Assembly: GCA_002099625.1 (NCBI GenBank)
Contig: GCA_002099625.1_4857.1
Source: Escherichia coli
GTDB taxonomy: Bacteria; Pseudomonadota; Gammaproteobacteria; Enterobacterales; Enterobacteriaceae
Reading direction: 5' to 3' (one strand)
Length of the DNA: 64,000 bases
Both the position numbers and the translations under genes were made by a program. The notes under the pieces were generated by a model. That model did not search any database and was not told where the DNA came from. It saw only the letters and a list, made by a program, of their open reading frames with translations. Below, piece after piece: positions 9,895 through 20,216 of the stretch. Every line of letters starts with the position of its first letter. The first letter of the stretch is position 1.

Positions 9895-9897
9895 TAA

Positions 9898-10164
9898 TTA
9901 CGCCAGCGTAATGTGGTACTTATCAATGTCAGGGAATCGCTCTTTGATCATCCCGCAGAACATATCTAGCACCGGATCAGTTTTTGCGGCCTTCTCCATC
10001 TCAGGAAAAACGCTACGCAGTGGCACGCCAGGGTTCTGCCCTGCCGTTTTCTTAAGCTCTTCTTTATACTTTGCCAACAGAGATTTAACCCCTGTTGTCT
10101 TCGGGAAGCCACACCCTGCGACCCCATCGTTTTCAAAATAGATTACTGCTTCAACACTAGACAT
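9898..10164 (-). CDS. hypothetical small protein
   Basis: Track ORF starts at a GTG (10182); in-frame ATG at 10164 (MSSVEAVIYFEND...) has GGAG about 9 nt upstream. Confidence 0.45.
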   Translation of the reverse strand: MSSVEAVIYFENDGVAGCGFPKTTGVKSLLAKYKEELKKTAGQNPGVPLRSVFPEMEKAAKTDPVLDMFCGMIKERFPDIDKYHITLA

Positions 10165-10184
10165 TTTAATACTCCATTTCACGG

Positions 10185-10222
10185 TAGAATAAAAAATAAT
10201 AATAGGAGACCCGAAGGTCTCC
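10185..10222 (-). terminator. intrinsic terminator downstream of 10230..11906
   Basis: Hairpin GGAGACC-cgaa-GGTCTCC (10205-10222) followed on the minus strand by a T-rich run (plus-strand GAATAAAAAATAATAATAG). Confidence 0.6.
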
Positions 10223-10229
10223 GTATTAC

Positions 10230-11906
10230 TTAGTACAACACTGGTGCAGTTTTCTCACCATTGCTCAGAAGCAGATAGGTGTGCTGCGGCAGCTGCATCA
10301 ATACAATTGCATGTGGCACGTTTTCCTGCACAGCTTCGTAGATAGATACAACAGGGTCTGCGGTATTGCCCAAAGACGCTACCGTAACCACATCATGCTT
10401 ATCAACGGAATGGTACATGCCTGGAATTACAATAGTGAACTGGCTCTGAATCAGATTAACTACTTTGCCGGAATCGCTCAGCTTAATAGTCAGTTTGCGC
10501 AGAGAGTTCGCCACCATCAAGAACAGGTCACGGAACCAGTCTTCATATTCACTGACGCCGTTGTCGCCAGCGGTTGCAGTGAACAGATCTTTTACGAAGA
10601 AATCAATATCGCTGATTTTGCGTTCGAAATCGATGGCTTTGAACTTCGGCACATCTTTACCGCGCTTAGTGCCCAGCGACAGCGCATTGTGTACCAAGAA
10701 CGTGATGTTCGCCAGGTACGCATTAGCAAAGCGAGAAATCTCACTGATAACCACTTCTGCTTCGCTGCTGTTCGCAATCGCATAATCGTGCAGTTCTTTC
10801 GTGTTCTTACGCAGTTCATCGATCGTACGTTTCACCTTAGCCATGATAGTTTCAACATCTTCTACCAGCGCCAGGCTGTCGAGATCGGATTTCAACGCGT
10901 CGTGCTTAGCAACAAATTGCTTCATGCGTTCGCACATATCAGTGTTAACACCGACCAGATACGCGCGATAACTATCCCGTGCACGCACAATCAGGTCAGC
11001 CCCGTCGTAGAAAACAACCTCTTCATTACCGTTAAAGATATCTTGCAACGGTGTAGCCCAATCACGCGTTTCCGCGTAAACAGATTGCTTAATGCGACTG
11101 TTAGCTTCCTTCGCTGGAATCGACATTTTAAGCTCGGGGGTTTTCAGCTCGTGAAGTGCGTAGTCTTCCATCAAATCAATCTCCTGCAGAATGTTGTTAA
11201 TTGGGCCATTGGTAGTGTCCTTCTCGGTTTCTTCTGTTGCGCCGAGTGGGGAAAGCACTGGGTTATTAACTGTAGCATTAGACACCGGCATTGGTTGTAC
11301 AGGCACCTGTGCTGGTTCAGGCTGGGGCTGTTGTGCTGTGGCTGGGACTACTTGCGCCGGTTGTGGGTTCAGGATAGGATCACTAACCAGGTTAAGACCT
11401 GCACCGCCAGCAATCACGGTTAGTGCCGCATCCGTGTTACCAATCTTAACGCCACCGGATGGCGCAGAAGACATGGTCAAGCCATCAGTAACACGCACAC
11501 CGCCAGAACTGTTACCGCCCAGTAACCCGCCTGCGTTGCTACCACCACCTAAACCACCACTGCCACCCAAACCGCCGGACTGCTGAGAACGAATTTCGGC
11601 AAGAATCTTACCGACTTGTTCCCAAGCATTAACCAGTTTGGTGTGACGATCGTCGTTATACGCGTCGCCTGCGTTATGCACCTGCTGATAGGCAGCTGCT
11701 TTATACGCATCGACTGCATATGCGATAACCTGTGCTTCACTACCCCCTTTGGATGCTGCCCATGCCGCAACATACGTCGCAATCTTTAACGCCTGATCTG
11801 GCGGAATGCTACGACTACGCATCACGTTATTCAACTGCGACAGTACCGCGTCCTGATCGAGGTGTTTAACGATGACGTTTTTGATTTGTTCAACAGTAAT
11901 GCTCAT
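10230..11906 (-). CDS. hypothetical two-domain protein with internal Gly-rich and Pro/Gln-rich linkers
   Basis: 558-aa ORF; internal SGGLGGSGGLGGGSNAGGLLGGNSSGG followed by PQPAQVVPATAQQPQPEPAQVPVQPMPV; AGGAG RBS upstream. Confidence 0.55.
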   Translation of the reverse strand: MSITVEQIKNVIVKHLDQDAVLSQLNNVMRSRSIPPDQALKIATYVAAWAASKGGSEAQVIAYAVDAYKAAAYQQVHNAGDAYNDDRHTKLVNAWEQVGKILAEIRSQQSGGLGGSGGLGGGSNAGGLLGGNSSGGVRVTDGLTMSSAPSGGVKIGNTDAALTVIAGGAGLNLVSDPILNPQPAQVVPATAQQPQPEPAQVPVQPMPVSNATVNNPVLSPLGATEETEKDTTNGPINNILQEIDLMEDYALHELKTPELKMSIPAKEANSRIKQSVYAETRDWATPLQDIFNGNEEVVFYDGADLIVRARDSYRAYLVGVNTDMCERMKQFVAKHDALKSDLDSLALVEDVETIMAKVKRTIDELRKNTKELHDYAIANSSEAEVVISEISRFANAYLANITFLVHNALSLGTKRGKDVPKFKAIDFERKISDIDFFVKDLFTATAGDNGVSEYEDWFRDLFLMVANSLRKLTIKLSDSGKVVNLIQSQFTIVIPGMYHSVDKHDVVTVASLGNTADPVVSIYEAVQENVPHAIVLMQLPQHTYLLLSNGEKTAPVLY

Positions 11907-11937
11907 TGTAAATAATACTCCTTAAGAGATGTAATAA

Positions 11938-13716
11938 TTAGCGGCCGATTTTAGCAATGTCTTCTTCGGTCGGTCTGATGTACGGGTCCAGTTTAGGATT
12001 CCGCATCATTACCAAACTTGGGTTGGTCTTCATGTACGGGTTGAGGATGTTCGCCTTAAACGGTGCCGACTTAGGAATATAATAGACGTTACCACATTCC
12101 AGATGCGACGCGGATGCGTGCTTAGTACGGTCGTTCAAGTTAACGGTCTTGCCTCCTTTCTTCGAACGCTTAGCATCGGTTTCGGTTTGACCGATGGCGT
12201 GCGTAGACACTGCCAATACCATTGATTCTGTAGAGGCATTGAAGAAACTGATACCGCCGTTGCTCGTAATGGTGCGCATCACCAGATTGAGCACGATCTG
12301 TTTGTTCAGTGCGTCTCGAATAGACTTCGCCGCTGTCTCTGGAGTCCGATGTTCCAACTGCCCCAGCTTCCAACGTATTTTCGAGATCGTTGTGGTAAAG
12401 CCACGTTGGCCCAACAGTAAGTAATCGGTTACCGTGAGACGTTTTCCGTACATAGACGGAATATCATCTTGTTTGGTAAGACGAGTACGCACCATCAGCT
12501 GCGTGGTATACCAGAGGAAATCAAACATATCCAAATCATCAGGGATGGACGGATCGTTTGCCATCAGCTCACCACGGAAGGTGCTGTTGACATAGCGTTC
12601 ACATTCCTGGAAGTGGCTGTCCATACTGCGACTCAGTTCGATATCCGAAGGCTTCAGTCCGCGAATACTGCGGCCCAACACTTCACGCCAAGACGCTGCA
12701 GAGTTGAGGTTTGCAATATCTTCGTCCATTGCCATTTCATTAATCTGTGTAAACAGCCCCGGCAGTGTTGGTGCACGACCGTTCTTACTGTTCTGTTTAC
12801 CTGCGTAATAGTGCGCCGCTTTGAAGAATGCGGCAGTCGCTACCAGCAACAGATGTTCGTTTTGATCCCAACGCCCTGCATCGGTGTTAGGCATATCTTC
12901 ACGTTTAACCAACAGCACGTACTGGATGGTCTTCGCGAGTTGTGGCTCACCGGATTGAATCACCACATACTTCGTTAAGTCCACATCACGTACTTTAATT
13001 GCTGGCCAAATCGCCACATCAACGCCCGCATAACGCTTCACGGCTTGTTTAAAGCCATAACGCCCAAAGAGCCAATACATCAGTGGCTTCTCATCGGTGT
13101 CGTGTCCAATCTGTCCGGTTGAGACAAACAGATTCGATGTACCTGGCAAGAACAGCTGCTCAGGGCGACCATTCACCAGAATCTTCGTTGGTTTCTTACA
13201 GAACTTGATCGACACCTTGCGAGTGAAGTCAAAGTTAATAAAGATACCACCATGCTCACGACATATACCAGGTTGATGGATTACAGGTGCTACGTGGTAC
13301 GTTGTACCATAGTAGTTCATTAAGCCGCCACGACGAATAAACGGCAGGCTCATTGGTCGTTGTACCGGGCGAGGATCACCTGGAACTCGGAACGAGGCCA
13401 TTACCATATACGTGTCAGTGGATGAGATGTTAATAATTGACCGGCCACGATTATTTCGTGAATTGTTATCCGACTTCGATAACTTAAAGATAAAAGCTTC
13501 AAACGGCGACATTTGGCGACAACCTAGTACCGTTAACCCTTCTGGTAATTTCGGGTTATCGATTTCATCATACGTCAACTCACGACGTAGAATGGTTGCC
13601 ACACGATCATGTATCCCATCTTTAGCTTGTGTGTACCCAACTCCTTCTGCAATTGCACGATTAAAAGGCACTATTTCGCCTGCCTCTTTAATCTTCCTAA
13701 TCGCATCTTTAAACAC
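11938..13716 (-). CDS. hypothetical protein (592 aa)
   Basis: Long ORF on coding strand; no motif recognised. Confidence 0.55.
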   Translation of the reverse strand: MFKDAIRKIKEAGEIVPFNRAIAEGVGYTQAKDGIHDRVATILRRELTYDEIDNPKLPEGLTVLGCRQMSPFEAFIFKLSKSDNNSRNNRGRSIINISSTDTYMVMASFRVPGDPRPVQRPMSLPFIRRGGLMNYYGTTYHVAPVIHQPGICREHGGIFINFDFTRKVSIKFCKKPTKILVNGRPEQLFLPGTSNLFVSTGQIGHDTDEKPLMYWLFGRYGFKQAVKRYAGVDVAIWPAIKVRDVDLTKYVVIQSGEPQLAKTIQYVLLVKREDMPNTDAGRWDQNEHLLLVATAAFFKAAHYYAGKQNSKNGRAPTLPGLFTQINEMAMDEDIANLNSAASWREVLGRSIRGLKPSDIELSRSMDSHFQECERYVNSTFRGELMANDPSIPDDLDMFDFLWYTTQLMVRTRLTKQDDIPSMYGKRLTVTDYLLLGQRGFTTTISKIRWKLGQLEHRTPETAAKSIRDALNKQIVLNLVMRTITSNGGISFFNASTESMVLAVSTHAIGQTETDAKRSKKGGKTVNLNDRTKHASASHLECGNVYYIPKSAPFKANILNPYMKTNPSLVMMRNPKLDPYIRPTEEDIAKIGR

Positions 13717-13727
13717 ACCGGCCTCCC

Positions 13728-14732
13728 TCAGAGAATCATCCCAACGAGTGCTACCCCTGCAGCCAAATACGCGGGAATGGATTTCAAGAACTCCGAGCTA
13801 TCTTTTCGCTGATAAGCTCGGGACTCGTATTGGTCTTTACGAACATCGGAACGCAACTTAAGCTCATTCGTCTGGATTGCGTTAAGGGTGTTAATCCTCT
13901 CCTTCTCCAGCGCCAGATTATTAAGTTGCGTACGATAATCGAGGTCTTGCCGATTCTTTTTCTCATCGAGATCTTGCAACTTGGCCTGATACGTGGCTTC
14001 CAGCTTCGCACGAACATCTCGCAACTCTGGAATGTTATCGAGCCACCGATAACGCCTCGCTTCATCTTCAGATGCAAACGCCCGGAACGGGGACATCGGG
14101 TCATCGAAAGCGTACATTATCATCTTACCCCCTTCGACACACTCCGCACCACCGATTACCATGTAAATACCCTCGTCGTAATACTTCGATCGAATCGGTT
14201 CGACTTCCAACATCGTTGTATAGAACCTCAGCCACTTTAAAGGTGCTGGGTCTTCGTACTTCTGCACAACTACCACGCCCAAGGCAAATTCTTTACGATC
14301 CCCTCCAGGCTTACCAATAACCTCAGAATCGAGTTTTACTGGTTGGGTAGAGAAAGCCATTCCTAGCTTCTTCAACACCACCAAGTCGCCTCGCATTAAT
14401 GCACCGATATCATCAACTACATACATCAGCGTTGTTTCGCCGTTCGTAGTTAATTCCTTACATATCTGCGCATACTGCTTTGGCGAATGTGCGTCGCGCA
14501 AACCAGATAGGTTAGCACCGTTCGCAAACACCGTATAGGTCACGTAAATAACAATCCCAAATTCCGCCGCTGTGGTGGACGACGGGGCTAAAACAAAATG
14601 CCCGCCACTGAGTTCAGTGACGTAAATGGGAAACCCGGTATTATTTTCGTACGTGATAGTCTTCGACACGGCACCACGGTGCATGGGCCGCTGGGTTAGC
14701 GTTGGCTGAACGTCTAAATCATAACGGTTCAT
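13728..14732 (-). CDS. hypothetical protein with coiled-coil region and C-terminal transmembrane anchor
   Basis: Track start at 14756 is a TTG; first ATG at 14732 (MNRYDL...). C-terminus ...FLKSIPAYLAAGVALVGMIL is hydrophobic; 15-mer promoter motif lies 39 nt upstream of the ATG. Confidence 0.5.
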   Translation of the reverse strand: MNRYDLDVQPTLTQRPMHRGAVSKTITYENNTGFPIYVTELSGGHFVLAPSSTTAAEFGIVIYVTYTVFANGANLSGLRDAHSPKQYAQICKELTTNGETTLMYVVDDIGALMRGDLVVLKKLGMAFSTQPVKLDSEVIGKPGGDRKEFALGVVVVQKYEDPAPLKWLRFYTTMLEVEPIRSKYYDEGIYMVIGGAECVEGGKMIMYAFDDPMSPFRAFASEDEARRYRWLDNIPELRDVRAKLEATYQAKLQDLDEKKNRQDLDYRTQLNNLALEKERINTLNAIQTNELKLRSDVRKDQYESRAYQRKDSSEFLKSIPAYLAAGVALVGMIL

Positions 14733-14771
14733 TGAGCATCCCAGTAATAATACCAAAAGAATTATTCACGT

Positions 14772-14786
14772 AGATAATATCTATCT
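14772..14786 (-). promoter_or_regulatory. conserved 15-mer AGATAATATCTATCT (copy 1 of 5), putative phage promoter
   Basis: Exact 15-mer shared with four other sites; 39 nt upstream of the ATG of 13728..14732 on the minus strand. Confidence 0.55.
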
Positions 14787-14837
14787 CAGATTACTTTGGG
14801 CACGGGTTCATACCCAGTGCCCGTAACGTAAAAAACT

Positions 14838-15536
14838 TTAGGGTATTAGGCGTTGGGCTATTTCGCGGAGTTGGTCGCGGGTTAAATCAGCCAACTTCTG
14901 GTCGCCGAAGCCCAACTTCAGACCCAGCTCGTATCCAGCTTGCGGATACGTGTTCGTGTTTGCTACTGAGAGGAGTGCATCGGCTATCTTTACCATCGTT
15001 AACTCGAGAGACGCATACGGGGCGGGGATCGGCTGATTCACGATTTGGTAATTATAACGCACTGCGGCGTTATCGTAGTCAAACTCCATCCTTCTGCCGA
15101 GAACGTTAAACGACTCCGCAGAATAACTACCAAATGGGTGATTGGCTTTTTCCCACAAATCTTTCCGTTCAGTAAACCCAGTCGCGAAGTTCTGACGTAT
15201 GGTGTCGAATATTTGCGTTGCCTGGCTAGGGTGTATATTTTTCAGCTCATTGTAGTCGTAGTCGGCGATGGAATATAGAGTGAACACAACACCGTTTATA
15301 TTTAACTGCGGATAATCCATCCGCAGACTATCATCACCTTGTAAATGAAGTTCCCACATCCTCACCCACTGCAATATCGCACTTACCGCATCGTGACTGA
15401 GATAAAAATTAGTAGGTTCTTCAGAATTTTCACGGAAGGGAACAGAGCATTCCGATGCAAAAAAGCCGGCTGCCATAAATCCTCTGCCGTCGAACATAGG
15501 CGCAACTAATCTTGATTTTTCTAAATTGATTACCAT
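14838..15536 (-). CDS. hypothetical protein
   Basis: 232-aa ORF, ATG with AAGGAGA RBS; promoter motif 40 nt upstream, terminator further upstream. Confidence 0.55.
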   Translation of the reverse strand: MVINLEKSRLVAPMFDGRGFMAAGFFASECSVPFRENSEEPTNFYLSHDAVSAILQWVRMWELHLQGDDSLRMDYPQLNINGVVFTLYSIADYDYNELKNIHPSQATQIFDTIRQNFATGFTERKDLWEKANHPFGSYSAESFNVLGRRMEFDYDNAAVRYNYQIVNQPIPAPYASLELTMVKIADALLSVANTNTYPQAGYELGLKLGFGDQKLADLTRDQLREIAQRLIP

Positions 15537-15576
15537 TACTGTCTCCTTAAGTTAAAACCGAACGACTCTCTCCCTA

Positions 15577-15591
15577 AGATAATATCTATCT
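15577..15591 (-). promoter_or_regulatory. conserved 15-mer AGATAATATCTATCT (copy 2 of 5), putative phage promoter
   Basis: Exact 15-mer; sits between the capsid-candidate terminator (15602-15640) and the start of 14838..15536, 40 nt from the ATG. Confidence 0.55.
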
Positions 15592-15601
15592 ATAAATTTT
15601 T

Positions 15602-15640
15602 AGAAAAAAAGAAAAAGCTTACTCCCCGAAGGGAGTAAGC
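15602..15640 (-). terminator. intrinsic terminator downstream of the major capsid candidate
   Basis: Hairpin GCTTACTCCC-cgaa-GGGAGTAAGC (15617-15640) followed on the minus strand by TTTTTCTTTTTTTCT. Confidence 0.7.
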
Positions 15641-15671
15641 TAATCTTAGGCAACGTAATCCTTACGGATTA

Positions 15672-17969
15672 TTAGCCGCCAGCGCCTTCACCGCCAGTAC
15701 CTGGCTGGGTACCGCCGCCAACATCACCAGCATTACCACCGTCAGTACCGCCGGTACCGTTGGAAGTAGTAGTGACGTTGAACGCCAGTTTCTCTTCCAC
15801 GAACTTGGTGATACCTTTAATCCAGATCAGACCAGTGATCGGGCAGTGGCAGATGTGCGCGTTACGAGGCTGTACTGCCAGCTCTTTGCTGGTAGCGCCG
15901 TTACGCTGGATGTTGATGTTGGTTACCATGATCGGAGACCAGAAGTGGTTACCCCAGTTCAGAACACAGTAAGAACCATCATCAGCGGTTGGAACTTTCA
16001 GAACCCACTGCAGGCGGCGAGTCCAGCTGCCGTCAGCTTCGTTCTTCACACGCCAGCGGTCATCGTTGGTGGTGATAACTTCGTACTCGTAGCGATCGCC
16101 CAGCAGACGCTGGTCACCCTGAACCAGCAGCAGCATTGCAGCAGTCGGTTCGTCAGTTGCGATAACAACTTTCGGCAGTGCGTTCGGGTCCGCAGTCAGC
16201 AGGCGCAGAGCCGGCATGAAGCGAGAGTCCTGGATAGCACGAGTTACCTGGTCACCGATACGCTGTACCAGACCCTGACGGGCGTTGATGAGCGCATCTT
16301 TGGTATCCAGAGACTGGATCACTTTGTCCACTTCGTAGTCGCTTTCGCTGTACCACGGAGCAACCCAGTGACGGCCCAGGCCGCGGATAGCAGGTTTGTC
16401 CCACGGAGTGATCATGGACGCAGCTGCGTTCTTAACCGCTTCGGTGTAAGACAGAGTCTGAGTGATAGCCAGCATTTCGTTACGGATGTTAACCGCAGAA
16501 ACGAGGTCGTCCAGACGTTCGGTGTCGTCGTATTCAACGCCAACCGGAGATTTGGTCATGATCGGAGAACCGTACTGCAGTTTGTAGTTCTCTTGTTCCC
16601 AAATCGGGTCGAGCAGAAGGCCCTGGGTTCTCCGGTTCTCGTTGGTACGAGTACCGTCGAAGCGCCAGCCCAGCAGCTCCAGTTTCAGGTTGTCGATGAT
16701 CACTTTACCGGTGCCGCTTTCGATATCAACAGCAGTACCAGTTGCGTCGTACAGACCTTCGATTTCCAGAGACGGTGCAGTCACGTCAACACGACCAGAG
16801 AACTGACCGTTGGTGAACAGAGACATGCTGATGTTCATGGAATAACGAATGGTGTAATCGTTCTGTGCCAGAGCGGCCAGTGCCGGGATTTCAGCACCTT
16901 TCCAGTCCAGAGACTTGGCGTTCAGGGAGAACACGGTGCGACGGAACTGCAGGACCAGCTCACGGCCATCACCTTCAGGAGGACGCTGGAAAGTAGCGAA
17001 CTGCATGTCGCGTACGTTCAGTTTGATCAGCGCACCATCTTTCGCTTCTTCGGTCGGCTTACGCACAGACAGCAGCAGGCTACCCAGCGCCGCACCCGGT
17101 GCGATTTCGTCGGTTTCATCGTAACCTTCCTGCACGATACCCGGATGGGCAGACAGCTGGAACAGGTTCAGACGACGTTCAGAGAAGCTCAGGTAGTTGG
17201 TCGGATACGCCGGCACACGACCCAGCTGAACGTTTTCGTTTTCGATGATGTCTTCGGATACGAAGAACTTCGCGTTCTCGCCGGTTTCCATCACGTAAGG
17301 AACGATACGGATAGCATCGTCCTGCAGGACTTTGTGGTTAGACAGCGCGTTATGCAGCGGCTGACGGTTGTCTTCAACCACGTCTTTGGTCAGCAGGGCG
17401 TTCAGGATACCACGAGTTACAGTAGTAACTTTGGTACGAACGGTGATGCCGACGTCGTTGGTGTCCACAGTGATGGTCGGGAACAGGGTTTCTGCAAACT
17501 TGGATTGAGTTTCCAGAGCACGCACGTTCAGCGTCCAGGTCAGACCCAGGTTTTTGTCCAGGTCTTTGTTGGTGTAGTATTCGGTTGCGACCAGCGGAGT
17601 TTTACCGTAGTCAGCAGCCAGAGATGCTGCACCGGAAATAGCGATCGGCATGTAGCTGGCATATTCCGGCTTCGCGCTCTCAGCAGCAACACGGGTCATG
17701 AAGTCATCTTCGTGACCGGCAGCAGCCAGAATCATCGCAGAAGCAACCTGAGCAGCGTGGCTCATGGTTTTGCCAGGGTTTACAGCTTCGTAGTGCTGCT
17801 GAGCAGTGTCACGCAGGTTGGTGAAGCCGGCAGCATTTTTACGTACAGATTCGCCAACGGCTACGGTTTGCCATACGTCATTAGCGGAAGAGCCTGCCTT
17901 GGCAGCAGCGACCAGAGCATTGCCCTGCTGAACCAGCTGGTCCAGACTAGCGATACGGGTATCTTTCAT
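15672..17969 (-). CDS. putative major capsid protein (765 aa) with Ala-rich propeptide-like N-terminus and Gly-rich C-terminal tail; tail sheath is the alternative
   Basis: Strongly host-like codon bias (CTG, CGT, GGT, AAC dominate), own strong terminator, size in the range of phiKZ-type capsid proteins; N-terminal ~130 aa contain several S/A/G-x-E sites (AGHE, VGE, VATE). No homology search done. Confidence 0.45.
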   Translation of the reverse strand: MKDTRIASLDQLVQQGNALVAAAKAGSSANDVWQTVAVGESVRKNAAGFTNLRDTAQQHYEAVNPGKTMSHAAQVASAMILAAAGHEDDFMTRVAAESAKPEYASYMPIAISGAASLAADYGKTPLVATEYYTNKDLDKNLGLTWTLNVRALETQSKFAETLFPTITVDTNDVGITVRTKVTTVTRGILNALLTKDVVEDNRQPLHNALSNHKVLQDDAIRIVPYVMETGENAKFFVSEDIIENENVQLGRVPAYPTNYLSFSERRLNLFQLSAHPGIVQEGYDETDEIAPGAALGSLLLSVRKPTEEAKDGALIKLNVRDMQFATFQRPPEGDGRELVLQFRRTVFSLNAKSLDWKGAEIPALAALAQNDYTIRYSMNISMSLFTNGQFSGRVDVTAPSLEIEGLYDATGTAVDIESGTGKVIIDNLKLELLGWRFDGTRTNENRRTQGLLLDPIWEQENYKLQYGSPIMTKSPVGVEYDDTERLDDLVSAVNIRNEMLAITQTLSYTEAVKNAAASMITPWDKPAIRGLGRHWVAPWYSESDYEVDKVIQSLDTKDALINARQGLVQRIGDQVTRAIQDSRFMPALRLLTADPNALPKVVIATDEPTAAMLLLVQGDQRLLGDRYEYEVITTNDDRWRVKNEADGSWTRRLQWVLKVPTADDGSYCVLNWGNHFWSPIMVTNINIQRNGATSKELAVQPRNAHICHCPITGLIWIKGITKFVEEKLAFNVTTTSNGTGGTDGGNAGDVGGGTQPGTGGEGAGG

Positions 17970-17981
17970 TTCAAGTTTACC

Positions 17982-18506
17982 TTATTTAGATAAATGACAT
18001 GCGTACAACTGCGTCAGCACTTCGTGCGCAGCAAACTGCGTCGACGTACTGAACGTATCATCCACGACACGAGTCTTGGGACGCATATATTTAAAAAGTT
18101 CTGCGCAGAACATCTTTTTCGCAGCGTGGTCTTCACTTAAAGAAAAACCCGGTCCGGATTTAGCTTCTGCAAAAGACGCCACAACAACATCGCCACGTTG
18201 TGAGAACACCCAACGTAAACGACCGTCGAATGATTCCCCATATAAATCAGCAAGGGTTTCATTCGTACCTTTCTCAACCAGGTTTAAGACCTGGTCATAA
18301 TAAAGAGTCGGAAGTGCAGGTGGTGCCATAATCGATTTATAAATCGAAATAGGGTCACTCACTGGCAGTATGATGGAACTAAAGCCCGACGAGCAGTCAT
18401 ATAACCAGTTAAAGAAGCTTGCTTGGAGTTCCTCCAACTTTTTAACGCCAGCCCCTTTATCTATGTTAGATTGAACTTCCCACGGTGGACTAAAACGAAT
18501 TTGCAT
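17982..18506 (-). CDS. hypothetical protein
   Basis: Track ORF extends to 18560 and overlaps the divergent plus gene; the ATG at 18506 (MQIRFSPPWEV...) with GGAG about 10 nt upstream is the likelier start. Confidence 0.45.
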   Translation of the reverse strand: MQIRFSPPWEVQSNIDKGAGVKKLEELQASFFNWLYDCSSGFSSIILPVSDPISIYKSIMAPPALPTLYYDQVLNLVEKGTNETLADLYGESFDGRLRWVFSQRGDVVVASFAEAKSGPGFSLSEDHAAKKMFCAELFKYMRPKTRVVDDTFSTSTQFAAHEVLTQLYACHLSK

Positions 18507-18520
18507 TTTAAGGATGCTCC

Positions 18521-20083
18521 ATGAATAGTAAAATGATGTTGATAACCGCCTTAGCCGCACTGTATACAGAATCTATGCTGACGGACCCTAGCAAGGATCA
18601 TGATGTCATAAGAAAAGTTCTGATGCAGATCAAGCTTCCGGAATATGCGGAAGATGGCGAAGAGCGCTTTGCACTCATCGAGATCAAGGACATTATCACA
18701 TCTATCATAGACGGCGGCATGGAATACGACCACGCGAGCGTTATGAAGCGCTTGAAGCTGGCCACCACTCAAGTACGTCCTCTATACGATACGATTACCA
18801 AATTCCTCGAAGACGATTTGCCCGAGGAAGAAGACAAACGTACCGAGCATCTTAATCGACAACTGTCTCAATATTATTTCCAATTACGTCAATGTTTACA
18901 GAGCGTCGAACTCAAAACAAAAATGGGTCGCGCGTTCGGAGCATTGAATGGAACTGAGACACGTGTTGATCTGAACACCGCAGTGCTCGAACTCAAAGAG
19001 GCGCTATCTACGTTCGGTGAACGCTCTCATAATAAGATTCCATCACTGGTTGGTGAGCTGGTTACGGATAATCGTGCTCCGTTTGTTAAAGTGTTCGACT
19101 CGATTAACAAGAAAGCAGCAGGTAATGGTTTGCAGACGGGCTGGAAAGCCATTAACCAAATGCTCGGTTGTAACAAAGGGATTACCGAAGAACTGTGGCT
19201 AATGCCGGCGTTACCTTTTAACTGTAAGTCTTTGTTCAGTCTCTTACTGAGCTTGTCGATTCCTATCTTCAACACGCCTGAGAAAGTAATGGCGGATGTG
19301 AAGGGCACACTGCAACCAATTATTCTTGACTTGAGTTTAGAAAACGAACTCGACGTTAACTTAGCTTACGGCTATCAAGCACTGTACGGTCATTTTGAAG
19401 GACAAGTTCCACAGATGACCATTGCCCAAGATGCGACCGCTGAAGAGAAGTTAGCACACACAACAGCAATGTCTGATTACCTCTGTGGTAAGATTCGCGC
19501 AAACGGTTGGGACTACGTTTTCCAAAAGCACACCAACTCCGATTTTAAAGTGCACTACATCAACGACCTTATTCTCGACTTACGTCGTCGCGGTTATCAT
19601 GTTGTTGGCATTCGCGCAGACTACTTAGGCACAATCAGCAAAGCAGGACACGGCAACGGTATTGCCGGGAGTGATATCAAAGAAATTTATCGTATTGCTC
19701 GTAACATCCAAGTGGTACGCAACCGTGGGTTCTTAATTGCCCCACACCAGATTTCCCCAGAAGGTAAGCGCTTAAAAGCGTTAGACCCGGTAGGTTTCTG
19801 TAAGAACTTACCTGGTCGTGGTCTTTACGATAGTTGTTCGAGCCTTGATAACGAGGCCGATGGTGAAATGTATTTTAACAAGCGTGTGGTCAACGGCCAT
19901 AGCTTCTTAGAAGTTCAACGCGGTAAGCACCGCACCATTATCGATACTAAAGAATCTTATCACTACACAGTGATACCTTTCCAGGATGTTGGCATCCTGC
20001 CTTGGGATTGTGATAAAGAAGAAACCGTAACAGCGTCGTCTATCAACTTCTTCACCGGTGGAATGGGTGATGATTTGTTCTAA
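18521..20083 (+). CDS. hypothetical protein (520 aa)
   Basis: ATG with AAGGA 6 nt upstream; lone plus-strand gene in a minus-strand block; followed by GC-rich hairpins. Confidence 0.55.
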   Translation: MNSKMMLITALAALYTESMLTDPSKDHDVIRKVLMQIKLPEYAEDGEERFALIEIKDIITSIIDGGMEYDHASVMKRLKLATTQVRPLYDTITKFLEDDLPEEEDKRTEHLNRQLSQYYFQLRQCLQSVELKTKMGRAFGALNGTETRVDLNTAVLELKEALSTFGERSHNKIPSLVGELVTDNRAPFVKVFDSINKKAAGNGLQTGWKAINQMLGCNKGITEELWLMPALPFNCKSLFSLLLSLSIPIFNTPEKVMADVKGTLQPIILDLSLENELDVNLAYGYQALYGHFEGQVPQMTIAQDATAEEKLAHTTAMSDYLCGKIRANGWDYVFQKHTNSDFKVHYINDLILDLRRRGYHVVGIRADYLGTISKAGHGNGIAGSDIKEIYRIARNIQVVRNRGFLIAPHQISPEGKRLKALDPVGFCKNLPGRGLYDSCSSLDNEADGEMYFNKRVVNGHSFLEVQRGKHRTIIDTKESYHYTVIPFQDVGILPWDCDKEETVTASSINFFTGGMGDDLF

Positions 20084-20216
20084 CGAACACTGGGGAGCTT
20101 AGGCTCCCCTACGGGCAGTTTATGCGTCCTGCCAAGATCAAAAAAAAATACGACGAACTATTTATATGCATGGAATTACCCGAGTGTTCCAGCACTCGGG
20201 TAAGAGTTATTTCATG

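Noticed and set aside
10281-11423. 380-aa plus-strand ORF antisense to 10230..11906
   Set aside because: Antisense shadow ORF with no start context; the minus-strand gene has a proper RBS and tight coupling to its neighbours.
15846-17993. 715-aa plus-strand ORF antisense to the capsid candidate
   Set aside because: It is the open antisense frame of a strongly codon-biased minus-strand gene, has no RBS, and its protein is low-complexity.
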